A stretch of DNA of 64,000 bases, from assembly GCA_951406725.2 (NCBI GenBank), contig OX597815.1, forward strand, positions 207,328,001 to 207,392,000, written 5' to 3'. The translations under genes were made by a program, and so were the position numbers. This document shows, piece by piece, positions 14,328 through 27,258 of this stretch (its first letter is position 1; each line of letters starts with the position of its first letter). Below the pieces are notes generated by a model. The model worked only from the letters and a program-made list of their open reading frames with translations, was not told the DNA's origin and ran no database searches. This DNA comes from Octopus vulgaris. Taxonomy: Eukaryota.

Positions 14328-15036
14328 GCATGCTTATCCCAGTACTGTGTTTGTGTGTGTGTGTGCCTAGTAAAAGAAAAGAAAACAAAACAGAAAACAG
14401 AATGTAGTGGGGAGTTTGCATTGGCGGCAAAATTACTTTTAGTGGCATGATGTGAAGATTTCAAGTCCGTATATCACGTTGGCAGTAGTTTCCAATGATT
14501 CGAATAGAGTCCTTCTTTGGAGCAGATAGAAATTCTTTTCTTTGTCCTAACTCAAAGAAATCCAAGAATTGGGAGAGAATTGCTGGAACGGGCAAAGAAT
14601 TTAGTTACAGGAAATGCATTAGCGGGAAGTGTTTGGAGAGCGAACAAGAAAACGAATTTGGGATGGAGAGAGAGGGTGGAAGTGGATGGAGAATAAAACT
14701 AAGGGGGGAGTGAGGGGATTATTGATCAGGGATAGATAGGGAATTTGTTTAGAGGTTAGCGTAAAGTCAGTGATTAGTAGACAGCTTGTCAATAATAATA
14801 TAACACATCCGTGTTTGTACACGCATAAGAATGGTTCAAAATTGCCAACAAATGAACATTTGTACATGTATGGAATAACGTAGGCATACACGTTGTAGAA
14901 ATTAAGCTGGTAGCAGCTTTCGTATATTTTTTTCTCAAATACACATACACATATTCATAACGAAGTACGATTTCACTGTAAGCCATCACGTCTATACACA
15001 TGACCTAAACATACATGCCATGCATGCAGTCGAACA

Positions 15037-15082
<46 letters not shown>

Positions 15083-15134
15083 GTGTGTGCGTGTTTGTGC
15101 GTGTGTGTGTGTATGTGTATCTTTCACCTTTTTT

Positions 15135-15284
15135 CTTACATTTTTCAGTCATTAGACTGTGGCCATGCTGGGGCACCACCTTTTTTTTAAAGCTTGGTAC
15201 TTATTCTATCGGACTCTTTTGCAGAACGCTAGATTTTAGGGACGTGAACACACCAACACCTATCGTCAAGTAGTAGAGGGCAAC

Positions 15285-15350
<66 letters not shown>

Positions 15351-15485
15351 CAACAAGCTTCCATTTCCGTCTACAACATCCACTCACAAGGTTTTGGTCA
15401 AGTCAAACCTATAGTAGAAGACACTTACCCAAGGTGTCACGCAGTATGACTGAACCAGGAACCATGTGGTTGGGAGGCAAGCCTC
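15135..15485 (-). mobile_element. SINE family A, truncated by the LTR
   Basis: Consensus match stops at gggaggcaagcctc, where the LTR begins. Confidence 0.8.
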
Positions 15486-16106
15486 TGTAGCGGTAGCTAG
15501 ATAGCTGAATGATCTAGTTGAATTATACAGTAACCTCCATTTACTAAGTTTCTCGAAGCATGTATGTCATGAGACATGATTCTTAATTATTCAAGAAGCT
15601 TAGCGTTTCTCTTGAAAGTTTCTAGAATGTTTAGCGTTGCATTAATAAAAAACAGCTTAGCTAACCCTACTCTTCGCTTCTTAGTCAATTAGACTTAGAG
15701 CCATTCACGTCACTGCTATGTCCATCTATTTCTCTACGCTGTTATTTCTACATTTTCTATTTCTGCACTTTCTTGCATAGATTACTTCATTGGACTAGAT
15801 TCGACATTTTGATTATGTATCATCAGCGACCAGTAAATGAAGAACATTTTTATGTAGTAAATATATAGTCTTTGAATTTATTCTTCATCTCTATATGAAC
15901 TCTTGTAATAATATACACGCAGCCACATCAACTTGTTCTGGCCATATATAACCAGTTCTATATTTAAGAGATGGGGAATTATGTACATTATTTACATTTG
16001 ACGGATATTTGTCCTCATCTTTTTTGTTGTGAAAAAAAGTGTTCACAACAAACAAGATGAGGACAAATATCCGTCAAATGTAAATAGTGTACATATTACC
16101 ACTACA
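15486..16106 (+). mobile_element. 5' LTR of a Gypsy-like retrotransposon
   Basis: Termini TGTAGCGGTA...TACCACTACA (9/10 inverted match, TG..CA). Followed 5 nt later by TGGTGAC PBS-like sequence. Truncates a SINE at 15485. Second copy at 23204-24025. Confidence 0.8.
15981..16094. repeat. Near-perfect hairpin (53-bp arms, 8-nt loop) within the LTR
   Basis: 15981-16033 versus the reverse complement of 16042-16094 shows 2 mismatches. Absent from the second LTR copy. Confidence 0.9.
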
Positions 16107-16111
16107 TAAAT

Positions 16112-16150
16112 TGGTGACTCCGGGGAAAAAAAACAAATTGGTGACCCCGA
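16112..16150 (+). promoter_or_regulatory. tRNA-Trp primer-binding site(s)
   Basis: TGGTGACTCCGG (16112) and TGGTGACCCCGA (16139) are complementary to the metazoan tRNA-Trp 3' end (...CACGUCGGGGUCACCA). Confidence 0.75.
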
Positions 16151-16274
16151 GAATGAACATAAATTGGTGATCTTGCGAATAAACAATAATCACGTCGGTC
16201 GGTCTCCAGTTTATGTGGAGATTATACTCCAGGGTAGATCTCGAGATCCACGTCGGCTGGTCACCAGTTTATGT

Positions 16275-17370
16275 TTATTTCTAAGCAATTCAATTTCGTG
16301 TAACTGCAACAGTATGGATATCTTCCAGTTCCTTTCGCCGCTTTCGACATCTATGAAAAGTTTTCTCACCACCATGATCCACCCTCGTACCGAGTTCAGT
16401 TCATTTCATCTGCAACTCGCGTCAAGTTTACAATTTCGACACATATTCATCGTTTAATACTGCTGTTGTGAATTTTTGATTCCGTTTCAAAATTCATTTT
16501 TCCGTTTCTCATGGCCTGAGAATGAGGAAATTTGAAACCTTTTCAACTGTACGGCAACTTTTTCATCCCACATTCTTCGCAAATTTTTCTTCAGCTCCGT
16601 TCCTCAGAAATTGCAAGAAGTTAGAATTTCTGGATCAAATTTTGGCAGTTTGCATCTTCTTTCTCTCACATTTAACATGCGTCTTGAGTCAACATTTCTC
16701 GATGGTTCTGTACCTTACTTTTAAACTCGGTGCCATGTCATGATTGTTATTCGCTATCGCCACCTTTTGGGATCACCGTTTGCCAATCTTCACACAACAT
16801 CGTATCCATTTCGTGACATGTTTGAACTTGACGGATGCTCGACCATCGACATTTTGAATAAACAGCATTTCTTCCTTCACGATACCAGCAGACTATTTTT
16901 TTTTTCTCCGTCAACAACGCCACTAAAATTTATTTCAACCAGAAACAATATTTCAACCAGTTTACATATGGAAGTTTCAAATCCCAGATTTGTTAATATT
17001 TCAACATCCTTTTTCGTCGCAAGTACAGTAAGCAGCTCATTTCAACATCCTGCTTTGTTCAGTGTATGGCTTACACCGTTTTTCCACTGCAAGTCCAGCT
17101 TCTCATCATCATCTTCGCACCAGCTCATATTTTGCCAATGCAATCATTGCTAACTCTCAGCGTTACAGCTTTTGTCATATTGTCATTTTCTTCTTATATG
17201 AAGTTGCGAGACTTAATTTCTCGGTGTACTGAACTTTTTCAGAAGGATTTTCCTGCATGTACTTTGACAATGACACCCTTCTATCGTGAAATCCAATTTG
17301 GATTTATACAATTATCCTTATCATCTCCGTTTGTAACAGTTCCTTCAAACTTTTCTTCCCTTTCTCAATA
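16275..17370 (+). pseudogene. Decayed internal (gag-like) region of the LTR element
   Basis: Lies downstream of the PBS and is homologous to 24590-24903 (minus). Fragments HLQLASSLQFRHI and SSHILRK/SSHILRHI weakly echo the Gypsy gag motifs WF.Q.E..F..R.I and PSQLLR.M. No intact ORF, and the right boundary is uncertain. Confidence 0.45.
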
Positions 17371-17660
17371 AACCGCTATAACCAACACCCACAGGTGTTG
17401 CATATAAAATCAGATACGAGGGTGGAGAAATAGCGATATATGCCTGTTCTGTACAATGACGTGAGATGTTAAAGAGCGACTTGTGCGCTTCCCCAGCACT
17501 ACTACGACGAATAAATCTTCCTTTGTAGAACTCACATTCTTATCTCACTTCTGTAAATGGCTAAAATAACATGCTCAGCGTCGAACAAATTAACAGTTAA
17601 TCTCCCGCGCAAATTATCTGTATAAGCATCCTCTTTCTATTAAAATTGCTTGATCTTTTG

Positions 17661-17728
<68 letters not shown>

Positions 17729-18254
17729 GTATGTCTATGTGCGTGTGAATGCAGGCGCATGGCTCAGTGGTTAGGAATGTTTGTCACGTAGTCGTAAGGT
17801 AGTGGTTCCATTCCAGAGCTAAACAACTGGTTATCCCCTTGAACAAGAAGCTTCATCACATTTTGCTCCAGGCAACTCAGCTGAAAACGAGTACCAGTCT
17901 GTTGCTAATAGAGCCGTATCGCCTTCCAGCTATCACAACCTCGATGTTCTGCTGGTTGAAGTGTCGAAGGTTATCTATCTATCTATCTGTCTGTCTGTCA
18001 GGGTGTCCTCCCCGAGTCATAGGTTCATAAGGCCGATTTACTGGATATCGTGGCGTATATATGGACGAGACGTCAGTCCGTCACAGAATTATAATTTTTG
18101 TCCAGTGAGTGGACCGGAGCAACGTAAAATGAAGTGTTTTAGCTCAAGAACAAAGCGTATCGCCCTGCCCGGGAATCGAAACCACAATCTTACAATCATG
18201 AGTACAACACCCTAACCACTATCCCACACGCCTCCACAAACAATTTCACTCGCG

Positions 18255-18285
<31 letters not shown>

Positions 18286-18585
18286 ACACACACACACACA
18301 GGGTACGCACGCACGCACACACACACACACACACACAGCGGTAACGTGTATCACAGAGTATGAATCGTAAAGTTTTAGCTTCCAATAAATAAATAAATAA
18401 ATCATATCTTTTTACTTTTAGAATTGAAAATTCGCTTTCCTTCTTTGCTTCCACCTAATCTCTCTCTTTTTCTCTCCCTCTCTCCCCTCCCCTCTCTCCC
18501 TTTCCCCCTCTCCCTCTCCCCCTCTCTATCGCACAATCTACCTACCTATTTATAATATGTGTGCGTTTGTGTGCATGTTTGCGTG

Positions 18586-18621
<36 letters not shown>

Positions 18622-18693
18622 TGTGTGTGTGTATACATACTTGTATATGCATGTGTATAAATTTGTGCGGGTGTCTGTATTTATGTGCGTGTA

Positions 18694-18773
<80 letters not shown>

Positions 18774-19269
18774 TGTGCGTATGAGTATCTCTGCTATTTT
18801 GTGGTTTATCCATTTGAATATAAAATTTAAATTCCATCCACACATTCCGTGCCTAAAGAAACATTACAGTAAACAAACCAGGTGAAAATATATTCATATC
18901 AATCTGTTTCATATGTTTCCTTATGTCTATATAAACACATGTGTGTCTTCGTATTTATTTATCAGTGTTTCTGTATTTGACTGCAACCGGAAACCACCTG
19001 CGGAATACCTTCAGGTTATCATCCGGTATGTGAATCCTGTGAAGGCCTACAGTTTCATTTCATTGTAGAGTAATTAAGTGGACAGTACAAACAGGCGTAT
19101 TTCATCTGACTGCTGAAATGGATATAAGTATGTGCGTGTGTGTGTGTGTGTTGGAGGGTGGAGTATGAGGGCAAGGTGTATGTGTGGGTTTGTGTCTGTA
19201 TATAAGTGTGTTTGCTGTTGCGTATACGTGGAATAATCAGAGATCGAAAGTATGTATGATTTCCTGTGT

Positions 19270-19683
19270 GGAATCTGTTCAGTTTGGCTTACAGAATTTT
19301 TAGTTAGTTTAGTTGTTTTTGGTTTTTTATAACCAAACAGTTTGAAACTTCGTATCCTGATGTAATTTCTCACGCAGAACACGGTTTACTTTGAACTTTT
19401 TTTGGCAAAATTTCGTATTTTTGAAGTTATTTCGTTTTAACGTTGTATTTGGGTAATTTTAACCAATCGACAACGTGAAGAAAGCTACTGCTCTATGCGA
19501 TAGAAATTACCCAAATACAACAACTTTAACAATAAAATAACTTCTAAAATACGAAATGTTGTCAATAATGCTCAAAGTAAACCATGTTCTGCGTGAGAAA
19601 TTACACCAGTATACGAAGTTTCAAACTATTTACTTAAAAAAAGAATTAATTAAAAGATCTGTGAGCCAAATTGAACAGATCCC
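19270..19683. mobile_element. Foldback MITE with ~190-bp imperfect arms
   Basis: ggaatctgttcagtttggct...tgggtaatttt versus aaattacccaaatac...agccaaattgaacagatccc. A related right arm ending aaagatccc lies at about 9630-10189. Confidence 0.85.
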
Positions 19684-19754
19684 GTGTAGATACATGCACG
19701 CACGCACGCACACTCACACACGCACACGCATGTTGATTGATATTGGCAAATACG

Positions 19755-20120
19755 TGCCTGTGTGGTAAGAAACGCGCTTCCCAACATGATTCCGGGTTCA
19801 ATCCCACTGCATGGCACCTTGGAGAAGTGTCTTCTATTACAGCCCCGTACCAACCGAAGCTCTATTAATGGATTTGGTAGATGAGGATTGAAAGAAGCTT
19901 GAAGAAATGGGGAAATGTACGTGGCGTATATTTATGTTTGTCCCTCACCACCGGTTTTGGTTTGTTTACATCCGGGTGATCGAACGGATTCACTAAAAGA
20001 GAGCGAGAGAATAGGCAAACAGGCTTTAAAAATCAAGTACTGGCATTAATTTGTTCAACTAAACCTTTCAAGTCGGTACCCCAGCATGGCCACAATGCAC
20101 TGGCTGAAACAAGTAAAAGC
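19755..20120 (+). mobile_element. SINE family A (diverged)
   Basis: Diverged match to head, core and tail. Confidence 0.75.
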
Positions 20121-20175
20121 TAGAAGATACACATACACACACACACACACATATATACAAACACACACATACACA

Positions 20176-20417
20176 GATAGATAGATAGATAAATAGATAG
20201 ATAGATAGATAGATAGATGGATGGATGGATGGATGGATAGATAGATAGATAGATAGATGGGTAGATGGGTAGATAGATAGATGGGTAGATAGATAGATAG
20301 ATAGATAGATAGATGGATAGGTAGATAGATGGATAGGTAGATAGATGGATAGATATCTAAATGGATAGGTAGATAGATAGATAGAAGGATAGGTAGGTAG
20401 ATAGATGGATAGGATGG

Positions 20418-20472
<55 letters not shown>
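20176..20472. repeat. Compound (GATA)n/(GATG)n microsatellite
   Basis: Directly visible. Confidence 0.95.
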
Positions 20473-20473
<1 letters not shown>

Positions 20474-20986
20474 CGTGCAGATATGACGTGGCTGAATGGT
20501 TTACAAGTTTGCATCAAAACCATGTGGTGCCGGGATCGATGTCACAGCGTATTAAGTGGTGCAGGTGTAGACTTGCGAATGAAATAGGGTACACTGCAGG
20601 TGTATAAGCCCGGCAGATGGACTGTTCTTGTTATTCAAACGTGCAACTTCGTCAAACCGAGTCACACTGACTCTTGCCTGAAAGTTAAGGTTGAACGAGT
20701 CAGCAACTTAGCTGGTTAATTCAATGAGAAGGGAGATTCACTTGATCGAACAAGGAGACGGCCATGCGAAAAATCGACGACACACTGCGTTAATCTTTAT
20801 CTTTTGCTTGTGTCGGACATTCGACAGCGGCTATGCCAGAGCACGTCTTTGAAGAATGTAGTCGTACAAATGAGCCTCAGTATGTATTTTGTAAATCTGG
20901 TACTTATTCGGTGTCTTTTGCTGAACTGCTAAGTTACAGGATCATAAGATAATCAACACTAGATATGAAGCGATGGATAAGTGGGA

Positions 20987-21038
<52 letters not shown>

Positions 21039-21094
21039 TATATATATATATATACATGCATACACACACATACACACACACACATATATATATA

Positions 21095-21390
21095 TAAAGT
21101 TAATCCAAACAAGAAAAACAAAAAAAGACAACAACGCAAAAAGTGGAACAATTAAAGTATTATTAGGCGCTCAGGAAAAAAAAGGGGAAGAAGGAGGGTA
21201 TGACGTTTCGAGCGGAGCTCTTCGTCGGAAACATAAGAGAAAGAAAGATCCCGAGGTGGGAGGACAGAGGGAAAAAAACGCGAGTGGTCTTCACGAGGTA
21301 AACATACTGAGAGGCGGAAGTCGTAGACGAGAGAGGACAGGTTTTCAAAGACAGGAGAGCGGAAAAAGAAGGAAGGTAAAAACACAATGA
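21095..21390 (-). mobile_element. Penelope-like pseudo-LTR fragment with hammerhead-like core
   Basis: Minus strand CCGACGAAGAGCTCCGCTCGAAACGTCA at 21201-21228. Flanks (cctgagcg.c.aata, tttggattaact) are homologous to 1460-1664. Confidence 0.55.
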
Positions 21391-22419
21391 GTGGGATGAA
21401 GTGTGTGTGTATGTGAGTGTGTGCGTGTGTGTGTATGTATGTATATGTTTGGCGGCGGCTAGTAGCAAGCGATGTGCGAGATGACAAGTGTAATATATAT
21501 ATATATATGCGACGGGTCTTTTTCAGTTTCCGTCTACCAAATCCACTCACAAGGCTTTGATCGGCCCGAGACTATAGTAGAAGACAATTGCCCAAGGTGC
21601 CACGCAGTGGAACTGAACCCGGAACTATGTGGTTGGGAAGCAAGCTTCTTACCACACAGCCACTACGCACACAGGCCTGTACTCTCACATATTGAATTGC
21701 CGTTGGTTTGACAGAAATGCACACACACACTCACATAACAAGCTCACTGTTTTAATTGATTCGTTATATAGTATATAGTCTAACAAACAAGGATGGTTGA
21801 TTTTCCAGCCTTGATATAATCAGACAAAGAAAAGAAATGGGAAAAAATACAAACCAGAATTATTGGACAAAATTACAGTGATTAGTAACCACGCTTAGAA
21901 ACTAGAAATTTTAAATGATGCTTAAGAGGCGAAAACAGGCACCAAAGTTTGCTGCGTACACGAAACTTTATTATAAGAAATAAGAATAAAAGAGAGAGCG
22001 TGTGTCTGTGTGAGACAGTTAGAGGGAGGGTGGGAGAAAGAGAGGCAACCAGAGAAAGTGTGAGAGGGAAAAGAGAGTGTGAAGGAAGAAAATACGAGAG
22101 TAATGGAAAGTTGAAAAGTTCAGTACTGCTCGTTGCAGAAGAATTGCTGAAGGCAGGGATAGAGTTAAATACACACTTCTGTTTTCTCAAGCAGAAATTA
22201 GTAAATCAAACGGGAGACTTTTCTCTTAACGTATTTTCTTTGCATGTCTCACTGAATATATGGTGATTGTGAAGGCGTATAGATTTCCCTGTTCCATCCG
22301 ATGCGCTCAGATACAGACGTAAACGTACAGCCATAATCTTCTCCCCTCGTCCTCCTAACAACACAAGTACACTAATTATAACCTGGTGAGTAAATTTATA
22401 TCAGCTTCTGTGCCGACTT

Positions 22420-22876
22420 TCTCTTCCTTCTCCTCATTCAATCAATCCTTCTTTCTTTCTTTCTTTCTTTTTCTTTCTTTCTTTCTTTCTCTCTCTCTTT
22501 CTTCCTTTTTCCTTTCTTTTCCTTTCTTTCTTTTCTTTCTTTCCTTCCTTCCTTCCTTCCTTTCTTTCATTCTTTTTTCTCTCTTCCTTTTTCTTGTCTT
22601 TCTTTTCCTTTCGTTCTTTTTTCTTTCTTTCTTTTCTTTTCTTTTTCCTTTCGTTCTTTTTTCTTTCTTTCTTTCTTTTCTTTTCTTTTTCCTTTCGTTC
22701 TTTTTTCTTTCTTTTCTTTTTCCTTTCTTTCTTTTCCTTTCTTTCTTTTCTTTTCTTTCCTTCCTTCCTTTCTTAATTTCATTCTTTTTTCTCTCTTCCT
22801 TTTTCCTGTCTTTCTTTTCCTTTCTTTCTTTCTTTTCTTTTTCATTTCTTTCTTTCATTCTTTCTTTTTCCCTTCT
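22420..22876. repeat. Low-complexity polypyrimidine (TTTC/TTCC) tract
   Basis: About 450 bp of almost pure T/C on the + strand. Confidence 0.95.
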
Positions 22877-23203
22877 TAATATATCTCTTCCCTGTGACTA
22901 TCCCTCTCTCTCCCCGTCTTTCTTCTTACCCTCCCGTCTCTGTCTTTGTCTCTATCTCTCTGTCTGTCAGTCAAGGCCTGTCTGTATGTCTCTGCCTGTT
23001 TGTCTGTCTGTCTATATCTGTCTCTCTTACTCCTCACCTCTCTCTCTCTCCCTCTGCACCTCTCACAACAACTACAACAACTACAACAATACATGTTGTT
23101 TAGCCCCAAATTAGTTCTGATCGAGCCTGTCTATGATCAACGTTGTTCCAGCCGTCATCATCTCTTACATTCCTATACCTATCTCAACATAGTTCAATGC
23201 ACC

Positions 23204-24025
23204 TGTGGTGGTCATATATGGCTGCGTGTATAATATTAGAAGAGTTCGTTTAGAGATGAAGAAAAAATCCAAGAACTATATCCTGAGACCCCTCCTTTGG
23301 TCATGACTGACCATGAGTTTGCACCTGGAAAGTTACCCTCCCAGGCACAAGTCCGGGCAAGGTGGTTTATGGAAGACCAGCAGTCGCTCATGCATACCAG
23401 CCTCCCCTCTCCACGCCACCAGTGTTATCCAAAGAAAAGGCAAAGGCCGATACAGCTTGGCACCTGTGACGTCGCAACTCATTTCTACAGGTGAGTGAAC
23501 TGGAGCAATGTGAAATAAAGTGTCTTGCTAAAGAACAAAACACGCAGCACGGTCCGGGATTCGAACTCACAATCTCACGATCGTAAGCTCGACGCTCTAG
23601 CGACTGAGCCATGCGCCTTCACAAGAACTATATATTTTTACTACATGAAAATATATTTTATTTAGTGGTTGATGATGATACATAATCAAAATGTCGAATC
23701 TAGTTCAATGAAGTAATCTATGCAAGAATGTTCAGAAATAGAAAATGTAGAAATAACAGCTAAGTGATGGTTTTCAGTCGTGTGGCGTAAAGAAATAGAC
23801 GGACATAGCAATGACGTAAATGACTCTAAGTCTAATCGACTAAGAAGCGAGGAGTAGGGTTAGCAAGCTGCTTTTATTAATGGAACGCTAGACATTCTAG
23901 AAACTTCCAAACTTCTTGAATAATTAAGAATTATGCCTCATGACACAGATGCTTCGAGAAACTCAGAAAGGGAAATTACTCTATATTCTTTCTTGCAAGG
24001 GAGATCATTCAACTATCTAGCTACA
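23204..24025 (-). mobile_element. Second LTR copy of the same family, interrupted by a SINE
   Basis: Reverse complement of 15486-15930 plus the LTR end. Minus-strand termini TGTAGCTAG...GACCACCACA. SINE inserted at 23282-23621. Confidence 0.8.
23282..23621 (-). mobile_element. SINE family C with 12-bp target-site duplication
   Basis: TSD caagaactatat at 23270-23281 and 23622-23633. Homologous to 56203-56536. Confidence 0.92.
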
Positions 24026-24589
24026 GGTAACTGTATACAATAATGAAAATAACAAAAATGTATGCATCTTAAAATGTCAAAAACTAATAAAAACAGAATG
24101 GAATAAATGCAATATTCCAGGTTCAATGTGAAAAATCAACGTTCAAACTTCTGTAATGTATGTGTGTGTAATATGTAGTATAGAGGTAGAGAAAATTGTG
24201 CATCTCGGAAAACATAATCCAAGGAAATGTATAGAGAACAGGATTTATTCGAGTGATTTCAATTAGCAGTGTCGTTTTGCGTGCGCAGAAAATGCCAGTC
24301 AGAGCGTGACTGAGGCAGAGTGAGTGTGCAAACGAGTGGCAAAAACGACAGTGACATGCTGGCGCGTTGCAAGAGACAGGCAACTTTCTATTTATAACGT
24401 GACCATCTAGGGGTCTAATAGAGTTAAGTTCTGTCTTACATGAGCGCGGTGATCATGAGAAAGCAACCCAAAAGTATGGTATATGGTGCATGTGTATAAC
24501 TGGGTGAATGCATGCAAGCATGTGTGCGAACGTTGAGACAATTTTACAAATATACAGTATATTCGTAAAAAATATATGTACGTGAATAG

Positions 24590-24903
24590 ACGACCTGAAA
24601 TGTGGCGAAGAATGTGGGATGAAAAAGTTCCGTACAGTTGAAAAAGTTTCAAGTTCCCTCACTCTCCGGCCATGAGAAATGGAAAAATGGCTTTTGAAAC
24701 AGTCAAAAATTCTCAACTTATTCTCAAATTATTAAGCAATAAAGTTGTAAACCTGACGCGAACAGCAGATCAAAAGAATCGAACTTGGTACGAGGGTGGA
24801 TGATGGAGGTAAGAAAACTTTTCATAGATATCGAAACTAGCGAAAGGAACTGGAAGATAGCCATATCGTCGTAGTTACAAGAAATTTAATTGCTTAGAAA
24901 TAA
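24590..24903 (-). mobile_element. Internal fragment of the second LTR-element copy
   Basis: Reverse complement of about 16275-16590 (e.g. gcgaagaatgtgggatgaaaaagtt, gtacgagggtggat, ttgcttagaaataa). Confidence 0.75.
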
Positions 24904-24956
24904 TCAGTGGCAGGAAATTAACTCAGCAAATACGAGTATAATATTTGACTGCCATT

Positions 24957-25135
<179 letters not shown>

Positions 25136-25240
25136 TTGATCGAAAACCATCTCCCCTTTTTATCCCCAAAAGAAAAGCTCTACTTTGTAATTTGTTCCGT
25201 CTGTATGCAGCCCTGTGTGGCTAATAAAGAAACTATCTTT

Positions 25241-25299
<59 letters not shown>

Positions 25300-25734
25300 C
25301 TTTGTGTTTTCATGTTTGGATTAACTATATATATATGCATATACGCACTCATACGTATTGTATATATATGCATATACGCACTCATATGTATTGTGGAAGA
25401 AAGCATGTTTAAGGGGTATTAAGTATTGCTGAAAAATATATTCGGGTAAAATGTATATATTACAACAAAAATATTCTGTTTTACACATTATCAAACTTTC
25501 AGATAGTAAACTCTTTAGTAATTATACTGCAGGACGTTCTATATACGTATGTGTACGAAAAATACACACACACACACACACACACACGGATTCTTTTTAT
25601 AGCCACTCTTTACTCCGCGGAATTGGCCCCTCATAAAAACATCGGGGTCTAAGCTCGAATCATTCGGGCGCTACAAAGTGGGTTTTTTTATACCTAGAAT
25701 CGTTGGATCTCATCTGTTGACTATATTTTATATA

Positions 25735-25916
25735 CATGTGTATATACATATATGCATACATACACGCATGCATGCATACATACATACATACATACATACA
25801 TACATACATACATACATACATACATACATACATGCATGCATGCATGCATACATACATACATACGTACATACATACGTACATACACAACATACGTACATAC
25901 ATACATACATACTTAC

Positions 25917-25960
<44 letters not shown>

Positions 25961-26130
25961 ATAAATACCTACCTATATATATATATATATGTATAAATTC
26001 ACATACACGCATGCACACACGTGTGCGTACTTACACGCACATAGACACACACACACATACACACATACACTAGCACACTCATGTTTGGTAATTCTTGCAC
26101 ACACTCACACACACACACACACACACCACA
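25735..26130. repeat. Compound (TACA)n/(TA)n/(CA)n microsatellite
   Basis: Directly visible. Confidence 0.95.
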
Positions 26131-27063
26131 CATATGAATAGTCCAAAATACCTCTGCTACTTAAGGTAATCTTTAATTACTTCCCTTCTGCCATAAACTC
26201 ACCTTGTCAAACACCTTGTATTCACGAGACAGGTTGTGGTTGTCGCCCCGTAACCATATAGCTGATTCTCTTCACAGCTATAGACGACACCCATATACAA
26301 ACGTACAAGCGTAACCTCGCATTCATAGAATAGATGTGTACCCAACTAAACCTATAAAGGGACGTTTGTGCTATGAAGTGCAAAATCATTATTTTTTAAC
26401 TTACATATAGCGAAGTAATGTGAGCTGAAGGCATAGATATAGATAATACAAGTAGATGCTACAAAAAAACATAGAAAAATATAACATTTACCACTTCGTT
26501 GGAGAAATTGTTTTAAAATGGCAGTTTGTAGCATCTTTGACACAAAGGGGTGATAATTTCAATGATTTTTTTTGGTGTTTTTGTTTTGATAATTGAGGCA
26601 TAACGCCAAATATTTGAATGAAACTGTCAATTGATTACATTGATACATCAACCCTAGTTGTGTGAAATTATATTTTATCAGACTGAAGGCCAAAGTTGAC
26701 TTCGGCAGACAGAAAATAGAATTTTCATCCTTAGATGAAAATAACTGGTTCTTCTTTTGCAGTACACAATATTAGGAATGAAAATCAAATTTCTTCTGAA
26801 ATTATTTCTTCGTTTCCTAAATAATTTTAGATTCAGTTGAGTGGGGAGTCGTTAACAATTTTTTGAAGGCATTTTCTCTAACTAAAAGGAAAATTTCAGT
26901 TCCTAAACCATTTTCCAGCGTACGTTACTCCGTACATCATCATCTACTTCAATTTTCTTACTTCGGGCACTAACTCACTCGTGTTTATTTCACTTTTCTC
27001 ACTTCAGTAGATATGCTATTAATATTTTCCTTTCTTTCTGAAAGTCGTTGTCTATTACTTATA

Positions 27064-27258
27064 CAGGGTGTCCATATATTACCTTTACAATTTGAAAAGA
27101 AAAATCAGAAAACATAAAAAGTAAGAATAACCCGACAGTGTCTTTTGGAACATGGGTAAATAGCTTTAGAAATATTAGAACCCCTCTACGCGGGCTCCAT
27201 TAGGCGATACAATGCAATAAATTACAGAAATTGTAAAGGTAATTTTATGGACATTCTA
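27064..27258. mobile_element. Tc1/mariner-type MITE
   Basis: TA|cagggtgtccatatattacctttacaatt ... aattgtaaaggtaattttatggacattcta|TA. Confidence 0.75.

Noticed and set aside
14400-14790. Possible further Penelope remnant
   Set aside because: Only a weak QRKEFLSA-like fragment, which is insufficient without a profile search.
16101-16274. CRISPR-like repeat-spacer reading of the PBS cluster
   Set aside because: Eukaryotic context, irregular spacing, mixed orientation and no cas genes. The units are explained by tRNA-Trp complementarity.
22386-23114. 242-aa F/L/S-rich ORF and the antisense K/E/R-rich ORFs
   Set aside because: Translations of the (TTTC)n low-complexity tract, with no domain or splice support.
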